IMG/VR virus record: IMGVR_UViG_3300032092_000004
Coordinates: 89,131-153,130 of that record
Direction: 5' to 3' (one strand)
DNA: 64,000 nt
From: a virus
A program made the translations under genes and the position numbers. Each line of letters starts with the position of its first letter. Position 1 is the first letter of the stretch. The notes below the pieces were generated by a model. That model worked only from the letters and a program-made list of their open reading frames with translations. It was not told where the DNA came from and ran no database searches. Positions 57,158 to 64,000 of this stretch are shown in pieces.

Positions 57158-58111
57158 ATGAAAAATCTTGTTAGATCAATCCTTAATGAAGTTTACCAAC
57201 AACAAAACAAACCTGACTTAATTAAAGAATGTACAATTGCTGCGGTAAGATTGGATGACACCGTAGTTTTAGCAAAAAACAGAGATAGAGGTTACAAGGC
57301 TAGAGTTGAAATTATTCATGAGATTGTGAAAGATGTTGAAATGGTTTATTGGAGAGATATTGATACTGATTGGAGTGAGGGAATGAATGAATTTGGTATT
57401 GGTATTGTAAATTCTAGTTTGATGGTTGCCCAAGATGAGAAAGAAGGTAAAGGGGTTGAAAAAGAAAGAAAGATTGATGATAAAACTAAGGATAAGACCG
57501 AAAAGAAAAGATTTGCCGCTGATGGAGGTAAAATAAGAAAGGCTTTAACTTATAAAACTTTACCTAAAGTAATTAAATCTATAATTTCTTACAGAGGTGA
57601 AGATAAAAAAGATGTGGGACTCAAAGGAGAAACAATAGTCTCAAATAACGAAAATATTTATATAGTTGAGATGACCGCTAAACATTCTCCAATAATTAAA
57701 AAATTAAAAACTGACTCTAAAATTGTTGTAAGAACAAACCATGGAATTTATCAAAAGAGTGCTGGGTATACTCATGGTAGAAAAAGAAAATCTTCTGTAA
57801 CTAGAATGGAATTGGCAAAAAAACACTTAGAGGGTGTTAAAAAAGACATAGATGTGATTGATGCGATGAAAAAGAAATACAAGAAAGATCCATTTTTAAA
57901 TCCATATAGAACAAAGAACATGTATCATATGCAAACAACAGGTCAAATAATGATGAATCTTGACAAAAAACTTGTTGTTGTTAGAATGGATAATGATATG
58001 GGAGAGTTTGTTGGTATCCAAACAAAACTACCAAAAGATTACGAACCAAAAATTAAAATAAGAATAGAGGGTGAAAAAACCCATGATAAAGGCAAAAAAT
58101 TACCAACGTAG
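57158..58111 (+). CDS. Tagged Ntn-hydrolase-like protein (Cys nucleophile at residue 25)
   Basis: CTIAA...LAKNRD, EGMNEFGI, RTNH. Confidence 0.7.
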   Translation: MKNLVRSILNEVYQQQNKPDLIKECTIAAVRLDDTVVLAKNRDRGYKARVEIIHEIVKDVEMVYWRDIDTDWSEGMNEFGIGIVNSSLMVAQDEKEGKGVEKERKIDDKTKDKTEKKRFAADGGKIRKALTYKTLPKVIKSIISYRGEDKKDVGLKGETIVSNNENIYIVEMTAKHSPIIKKLKTDSKIVVRTNHGIYQKSAGYTHGRKRKSSVTRMELAKKHLEGVKKDIDVIDAMKKKYKKDPFLNPYRTKNMYHMQTTGQIMMNLDKKLVVVRMDNDMGEFVGIQTKLPKDYEPKIKIRIEGEKTHDKGKKLPT

Positions 58112-59796
58112 TGAAAAATTTAATTAAAAGAATATTAAAAGAAGAAACAAAATCACTTTTGACAGAAGGTGGTATTCGTGATATCAAGAATCTTGCTAAA
58201 AGATATAAAATGGCTAAGATCTACTTTCACCTTGATTTAGATGGTGTTACAACTGCTTTGGCAATGAAACATTATTTAGAAAGAAATGGTATTAAAGTGG
58301 TTGAGGCCGAACCAATTCAATACGGAGCAAAAGAATTCGCAGTTAAAAAACCTGAAGGCGAAGGTGAAATTATGCCAGTTCTTGTGGATTTTGCTCATGG
58401 TAAACCAATGTTTGTTATTCATACAGATCACCACGATACACAAGCCGGAGTTGAAGGAGATACGTCAACAAGCTTCAAGTCTGCAAGATCAAACGTCGAA
58501 ACAATCTCACAAACTGTATCTCCATCTGAGATCTTTACTCCTGAAGATGTTGAAACAATTTCAATCGTTGACTCCGCTGATTTTGCAAAACACGACATCA
58601 AACCAAGAGACGTTATTAATTACCTATTCCAAATAGATAGAACCAAAGGTTTTAAAGAAAACAAAAGAAAAATGGGTCTTGTTGCTAATAAACTATTATT
58701 GGCATTTAAGAATAAACCTGGTTTCTTAAGTGATATTGTATTAAATGCTCAACCATCTTTACTTAGTATCTTGATGAACATCAAAGATCAGATGCAAAAG
58801 AAAGGATATGCGACTTTAGATAAGTTAGAACAAAATAAAGAAGCCTACATTGAGTCAAGAAAGAAAGAAGGTGCGGTCCAATACTCTGATGGAGTTATTA
58901 GTCAATATGGTTTTGGTTCTACGATGAAACCAGGATCTTATGATCGTTATACACCATTCGAAAATTATCCTGAAGCTGATTTCTTAGTAACAGGAATGCA
59001 TTTAGGGATGGTTCAAGCATCTTGTAACCCATACAAGAAAGATAGAGCACTTAAAGGTGTTAACTTAGGTGAAGTTAAAGATGAGGTTTTAAATAAAATG
59101 TCATCAGAATTAGAAAATATAAAAGTAACTTTTGGTGATCTTAAAAGAGTTGGTGAACAAGAGGCTGAGTTTGGTTCTGTTGGATTCACATTGAAAGACT
59201 TCATGGCAATTTATGGTAATGCTCCTTCATATAAACTTGATGGTAGTAAAAACACTTTAGAAATTATTGGAAACATTTCTCAAACCTTATATAGAAAACT
59301 AAGTGATAGACAAAGAGATGTGTTAGATAAAATAACAGTCAATGGTTTAGATGTGATTAAAGCAAACTCAGGTGGTCACAAATGTATTACTAATATTTCA
59401 GGAATAAATTTCTTATTGAGAGATAGAAAAGCTCGAACCAACACTGAGGTTGAAACCATTTCTGCTGAACTACAACCAATTGCCAGTTATGAAGGAAGTA
59501 ATGACTTTGTTAAAGATATCAAAAGTAAGTTATTAAGATTTGGTAGTATTTCTGACAAACAAAAAGATGCCGCAATGAGACAAATTAATAAAGAAGGTAC
59601 TTGGTCTAAAGGTGAAGTTGAGAGACCTAAAAAAACATTTGTTGATTTGGTCAAACAAATACAAGAAGAATTTGTTTCAATTTTAAAAGATAAAATAAAA
59701 TTGTCAGGCGATGAAAGATCCGAACCTGAATTAGAAATAGAACTTGAAGAGCAATTGAGAAGAATTACCAAAAAACAATTATCTTCAAGAATCTAA
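58111..59796 (+). CDS. Tagged DHH-family phosphoesterase
   Basis: HLDLDG, LVDFA, TDHH, late GGH. Confidence 0.72.
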   Translation: MKNLIKRILKEETKSLLTEGGIRDIKNLAKRYKMAKIYFHLDLDGVTTALAMKHYLERNGIKVVEAEPIQYGAKEFAVKKPEGEGEIMPVLVDFAHGKPMFVIHTDHHDTQAGVEGDTSTSFKSARSNVETISQTVSPSEIFTPEDVETISIVDSADFAKHDIKPRDVINYLFQIDRTKGFKENKRKMGLVANKLLLAFKNKPGFLSDIVLNAQPSLLSILMNIKDQMQKKGYATLDKLEQNKEAYIESRKKEGAVQYSDGVISQYGFGSTMKPGSYDRYTPFENYPEADFLVTGMHLGMVQASCNPYKKDRALKGVNLGEVKDEVLNKMSSELENIKVTFGDLKRVGEQEAEFGSVGFTLKDFMAIYGNAPSYKLDGSKNTLEIIGNISQTLYRKLSDRQRDVLDKITVNGLDVIKANSGGHKCITNISGINFLLRDRKARTNTEVETISAELQPIASYEGSNDFVKDIKSKLLRFGSISDKQKDAAMRQINKEGTWSKGEVERPKKTFVDLVKQIQEEFVSILKDKIKLSGDERSEPELEIELEEQLRRITKKQLSSRI

Positions 59797-59798
59797 TT

Positions 59799-60080
59799 CT
59801 AACCCATACTCTTTAGGACCATCTCCAAAGTGTAGATGGAATCTTTATCTTGTTTAGTCTTAACCTGTTTAGACTTCAGATATTCCAAACTTTGTAATAC
59901 CTCTTCCTTTTTAGATTTAGGATTTTGAGTAGAGTTATTACTCTGAGTTTTTTTAACCACTGAAAATGATTTTTTTTGAGGAACTGATTCATTACCTAAA
60001 AATTCTCTAACTATTTCTAAAGACTTGTCAGGGTTCCAAGTGAACATATTTACCAAAATGTAAGCGAATATCTTTTTCAT
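59799..60080 (-). CDS. Hypothetical protein
   Basis: 93-aa ORF; TATCTTTG 4 nt upstream on the minus strand. Confidence 0.6.
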   Translation of the reverse strand: MKKIFAYILVNMFTWNPDKSLEIVREFLGNESVPQKKSFSVVKKTQSNNSTQNPKSKKEEVLQSLEYLKSKQVKTKQDKDSIYTLEMVLKSMG

Positions 60081-60119
60081 ACTACAAAGATAATGAAAAT
60101 AAATGATATTTATAAAAAT

Positions 60120-61526
60120 ATGAAAAATCTGATTAGAAACATTTTGAAAGAAAAGGTGTCAACAAAATCAAAACAATTGATTTACGAGACCGAGAGAGAG
60201 TTAGATGAGAGGGGTAGACCAAGATTGTATTCTGATGAGGAAATTTTAAGTCGTGCTTGTCAATATACAAATCAAAGAGATTTTGAAAAAGGAAATGATA
60301 AAAATTATTTTTATTTAGCTAAGAATAGAAAATTATTACCCACAATTAGATTACAATGTAATTACGTACCACTTGGAAATGCTTACAGTAGGATGTTATA
60401 TATGTATATATGGGAAAAAAATGTAAGTGCTGTTTATTTTGGACTCACTTGTGATGAAGAGAGAAGATATGAAGAACATACACGTTTAGAACAACAAATT
60501 TTAAATAATGCAGACGTTAAACCAAGTTGTAAAGTCGGATCCAATTCTGCGGTTAAAGAGTTTATTAAAAAAAATGGGATTCATGATAGATATGTAATGA
60601 TTTCTGATGGTTATATTGATGCAGTTCAAGCGGCACTTGCCGAAAGGTGTTTAATTGACCACTTCAAAAATGATGATGAGTGGAAAGGTAAGATAGAAGT
60701 TGTTAACAAAAGTAAGGGTGGTGAATTGGGAGGAAGATGTCCCGCGAATGCAAGACGAATGGCCCAAGATGTAAAATTAATTATGGATAATCAAATAAAT
60801 ACACCTGAGGAATTTCAATTAAATTATCCTGTTGAATATGAATATTGGTCAAGAGACAAAAACAGACAAAGAATAATAAATCAAGGGTTGAAAAAAAGAT
60901 TTTTTTCAGATGCCCCATATTCGAAAGAAGAAATACTGAATATAGTTTCAAATTACGACAATTTGGATGAATTTAAAAATGAAAACCGAAGAGCCTTTCT
61001 TTCTGCGAAGAGAAATAAAATGATAGAAATTCTGTACCCTGAGGATAATGTTTACTTCAACCCAAACACAAATAAAACTTATGAATCATTGATTAGTTTA
61101 AATAAAGATTTAAATAAAAATTTCAAAGATTTATATAATGATTTTTTAAGAGGTCAAGGCGAATTGGATTATGGAATTATAACAAAGAAAAAAAACGAAA
61201 TTAACGAAAATATTTTAAGAAGAATTATAAAAGAAGAAACCGAAGAGATTAACCAAAAGGTCATGAACTTCCTTCTGAGAAGACATGAGATCAATGAGAT
61301 TAATATTGATGATCAAATTAAATTTAAAGAAGTATACTTCAAGGTAGGAGATGACTATTATGGGATATCAATGTGGGATAGTAAAAAAAGACAAGTAAGA
61401 CTTATTTTGAATATGTTAGAAGAAAACAATGTTATTGAACCAATTGATAACTTCTCAAACGAAAACGATCCATACAGACAAAAAGTTGTTAGAACAATTA
61501 AAAAGTTTTTATCTGAAATAATGTAA
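60120..61526 (+). CDS. Tagged GIY-YIG-like nuclease fused to a second tagged domain
   Basis: MLYMY...VYFGLT....RRYEEH...E...N..KGG; internal INENILRRIIKEE. Confidence 0.6.
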   Translation: MKNLIRNILKEKVSTKSKQLIYETERELDERGRPRLYSDEEILSRACQYTNQRDFEKGNDKNYFYLAKNRKLLPTIRLQCNYVPLGNAYSRMLYMYIWEKNVSAVYFGLTCDEERRYEEHTRLEQQILNNADVKPSCKVGSNSAVKEFIKKNGIHDRYVMISDGYIDAVQAALAERCLIDHFKNDDEWKGKIEVVNKSKGGELGGRCPANARRMAQDVKLIMDNQINTPEEFQLNYPVEYEYWSRDKNRQRIINQGLKKRFFSDAPYSKEEILNIVSNYDNLDEFKNENRRAFLSAKRNKMIEILYPEDNVYFNPNTNKTYESLISLNKDLNKNFKDLYNDFLRGQGELDYGIITKKKNEINENILRRIIKEETEEINQKVMNFLLRRHEINEINIDDQIKFKEVYFKVGDDYYGISMWDSKKRQVRLILNMLEENNVIEPIDNFSNENDPYRQKVVRTIKKFLSEIM

Positions 61527-61963
61527 TGAAAGAGTTGATTAGACACATATTGAAAGAAGAAACTGAGGTTTCAGATCCAAATACAAAAGGAATAGATCTT
61601 GCAATTAAGTTTCTTAAAAAATCATATCCTTACATTATTGGGTGGGAAATTAATGATGAGCGTACATATACAATATACCTTAATATTATCTGTGATATTG
61701 AAAAACTAAAAGAGTTTTATAATAGTGATTTAAAGAATTATTATTTAAGACACAAAGATGATATATATAAAGATATTTTAGCATATCCACATTCAGTTTT
61801 AAAAATAAGTGAAACTATGGATCCAGATGAAAAGTACAAAGAGTATAGTGAAATGAAACAGGAATTAAACGATATATATCAAATGCTTCCTGAACATTTA
61901 ATTATAAATGATAGACATAACGAACCCAAAGAATTAGATCCTGACAAATTTATATATAGATGA
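61526..61963 (+). CDS. Tagged hypothetical protein
   Basis: MKELIRHILKEE. Confidence 0.7.
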   Translation: MKELIRHILKEETEVSDPNTKGIDLAIKFLKKSYPYIIGWEINDERTYTIYLNIICDIEKLKEFYNSDLKNYYLRHKDDIYKDILAYPHSVLKISETMDPDEKYKEYSEMKQELNDIYQMLPEHLIINDRHNEPKELDPDKFIYR

Positions 61964-62394
61964 AAAAGTTGATTAAACATATATTAAAAGAAGACGAGGG
62001 AAACAATCTTGAACAAAGATTTAGAAACTCAATGCAAAAACTCCAATATATTTTTGAAAGTCAAGTTTCATCTCATATTGACTCTGTCGAAATAAGTGAA
62101 ATTGAATTTGACCCTAAATATACTGAAATCCAAGCAAAACTTACGGTTAAATCATATTATGAAGACCATGATTTTGGTTCACTTGCTAAACACATTGATA
62201 GATTAGAAGATGAAGTTTATAAAATTCAAGGAAAATACACATTCACAGAAAACGGTGGTTTGATTAAAAGAGGTCCCGACCATGATTGGATTATGAGTTG
62301 TATACCAATTGGTATGAAATGGCAAGCTGGTGGTGAAGAATCATTTCTGTTAATTTTAGAATTTTGGATAAGACAAGAGGAATACGATGCGTGA
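61960..62394 (+). CDS. Tagged hypothetical protein
   Basis: MKKLIKHILKED. Confidence 0.7.
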   Translation: MKKLIKHILKEDEGNNLEQRFRNSMQKLQYIFESQVSSHIDSVEISEIEFDPKYTEIQAKLTVKSYYEDHDFGSLAKHIDRLEDEVYKIQGKYTFTENGGLIKRGPDHDWIMSCIPIGMKWQAGGEESFLLILEFWIRQEEYDA

Positions 62395-63026
62395 TGAGAA
62401 ATTTAATTAAATTGATATTAGAAGATGAGGTTAGTAGAAAATATGCTAAACCTACACCAAAATTAGAACAAGTTGTTTATAGATGGTTAAACAACTATTT
62501 TGATGGTGTGCAAATGTATTATAAAAAATCTTATGAATCAACACATAGTTTTGATTTTTGTAAAAACGGAAGAGAAATATTGGATGTTGTTTTATATTTT
62601 GGTAATGATGATGACGACAATAAAAAAACTGAAGAAATGAGTTTTAATAGGGGTTTAATGAGAGTCCCAAAAAATGTATTTGATGATTTAACCACAGATC
62701 TTCCTATGAGAGTAAGTTATTTAAGATACCTTCTTGAAGAATGGTTCGATGACACTTACTTAGGTGAAATTCAAAAAAAGATGGGTAGAAATGATATTTA
62801 CATTTCCGAACTTTATATAACTAATTACGACGGTGATATTTGTTTTCCACCGATAACAAAACCTGATGATGTAACTGAGGAGGAAATGATAGAAGATATT
62901 CTTAAAGCGGGAAAATATAAAATGAAGGATATATTGTGGTGGGAAGAGAGATCGCCAGGATGGATTGAACAAACTTATTTAGAACAACTTAATGGTGCTG
63001 AATACAGAAGATTAAAAGGACAATGA
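62394..63026 (+). CDS. Tagged hypothetical protein (paralog of next gene)
   Basis: MRNLIKLILEDE; EEWFDDTYLGEIQ.KMGRNDIYISE shared. Confidence 0.75.
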   Translation: MRNLIKLILEDEVSRKYAKPTPKLEQVVYRWLNNYFDGVQMYYKKSYESTHSFDFCKNGREILDVVLYFGNDDDDNKKTEEMSFNRGLMRVPKNVFDDLTTDLPMRVSYLRYLLEEWFDDTYLGEIQKKMGRNDIYISELYITNYDGDICFPPITKPDDVTEEEMIEDILKAGKYKMKDILWWEERSPGWIEQTYLEQLNGAEYRRLKGQ

Positions 63027-63664
63027 GAGAACTGATTAGACATATCTTAAAAGAAGAGGTTAATAAAAAATACAAAAAACCTACACCAAAGGTAGAACAA
63101 CTTGTTTATAGTTGGTTAAACAAGTATTTTGATGGGGCTACAATGTATCATGACAAATCGTGGGAAACAAGACATGATTTTGAATGGTGTAATTATGGAA
63201 AAGAAATAATGAGTTTTATATTATTTTTTGAAGATAATAATGATGTTTATGACGATAAAAGAAAAACTGAAGAAAGAGATTTTGGTTCAGGTTCAATTTA
63301 TATCCCAAATGATATATTTAAAGAGTTGATGTCCGATATTCCTGTAAGAGTAAGTTACTTAAAATACCTTTTTGAAGAATGGTTTGACGACACTTATTTA
63401 GGCGAAATTCAAAGTAAAATGGGTAGAAATGACATCTATATTTCTGAATTTAATATAAATGATAAAGATGCTCAAACTTGTGTTCCACCAATAACAAAAT
63501 CTGAAGATGTAAGTCAAGATGATATCATAGAACTTGTTCTTAAAACCACACTGTTTAAAAGAGATGATTTATTAAGACGAGAAGAAGAGGAACCAGGGTT
63601 TATAGAGAAAATTTATTTAAATAAACTTCGTGCTGCAGAAATAGACAGATTAAGAGAAGAGTAA
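63023..63664 (+). CDS. Tagged hypothetical protein (tandem paralog)
   Basis: MRELIRHILKEE; collinear with 62394..63026. Confidence 0.75.
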   Translation: MRELIRHILKEEVNKKYKKPTPKVEQLVYSWLNKYFDGATMYHDKSWETRHDFEWCNYGKEIMSFILFFEDNNDVYDDKRKTEERDFGSGSIYIPNDIFKELMSDIPVRVSYLKYLFEEWFDDTYLGEIQSKMGRNDIYISEFNINDKDAQTCVPPITKSEDVSQDDIIELVLKTTLFKRDDLLRREEEEPGFIEKIYLNKLRAAEIDRLREE

Positions 63665-64000
63665 TGAGAGAACTAATCAGACATATCTTGAAAGAAAATA
63701 GACTCCAACAAGAGTTGAAACAAGTTATCAAAGATGGTAATATTTTTGACGCTGCGGACTTGGTTGGTGGAATCCAACCACTCAAAAGAATATTCAAAGA
63801 CGATCCTGAAATGAGTTCTTTATTTGATAAACTAACAGGGAGGATTATTTTTGATTATTATGTGAATAAAGAACATATAGAATTTCCTTTAGATTATGAA
63901 ATAATTGGTAGAAAGAGTAATAATCATAAGACTAATCATTGGCCTGAAATAAACGTTCTTTATGATGAAAATAAATTAACACCCGAAGAAAATGATACTT
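63664..64000 (+). CDS. Tagged hypothetical protein, 3'-truncated by window edge
   Basis: MRELIRHILKENRLQQ...; open to the end of the window. Confidence 0.7.
   Translation, partial: MRELIRHILKENRLQQELKQVIKDGNIFDAADLVGGIQPLKRIFKDDPEMSSLFDKLTGRIIFDYYVNKEHIEFPLDYEIIGRKSNNHKTNHWPEINVLYDENKLTPEENDT

Noticed and set aside
5561-60113. Canonical T4 gp55 late promoters (TATAAATA on the sense strand)
   Set aside because: The motif is consistently in the opposite orientation relative to the downstream genes, so it is reported as a distinct TATTTAT class
266-63797. Many short ORFs in the track that are antisense or out-of-frame overlaps (e.g. 266-487, 3373-3570, 20900-21211, 46989-47417, 54353-54658)
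   Set aside because: They lie within better-supported genes, have atypical composition and lack promoter motifs
1-64000. Alternative genetic code (stop-codon recoding)
   Set aside because: Known genes (thyA, clpP, rfbB, uvrC) are full length in code 11, and TAA, TAG and TGA all act as stops at tight gene junctions

Overview
AT-rich, gene-dense 64 kb segment of a large (jumbo/huge-type) tailed bacteriophage genome read in standard code 11. The host is very probably a member of Bacteroidota: TAnnTTTG promoters, no Shine-Dalgarno motifs, Gln after signal peptides and a T9SS C-terminal domain all point that way. No capsid, terminase or polymerase core genes, tRNAs or CRISPR arrays are recognisable. 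It is an accessory region carrying redox genes, a DNA methylase, a dispersed RNA end-healing/sealing set, thyA, clpP, a UvrC-like nuclease, rhamnose/glycosyltransferase genes, several peptidoglycan enzymes and many small ORFs. The most notable signals are: (1) about 18 unrelated proteins share an N-terminal MK.LI+.IL+E / ITE.QL tag, are mostly preceded by a TATTTAT motif, and include an Ntn-hydrolase whose catalytic Cys directly follows LIKE. This suggests a capsid-targeting, protease-activated cargo system. (2) A phage-encoded secreted/surface operon contains a cohesin-dockerin-T9SS protein, CsgG-like proteins and a C-type lectin-dockerin. (3) A DIP1984-like gene is followed at once by a ~180-nt structured candidate ncRNA, inside an RNA-repair neighbourhood. 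(4) One tagged protein contains an annexin-like repeat. All family assignments are from motif recognition by eye, not from database searches.
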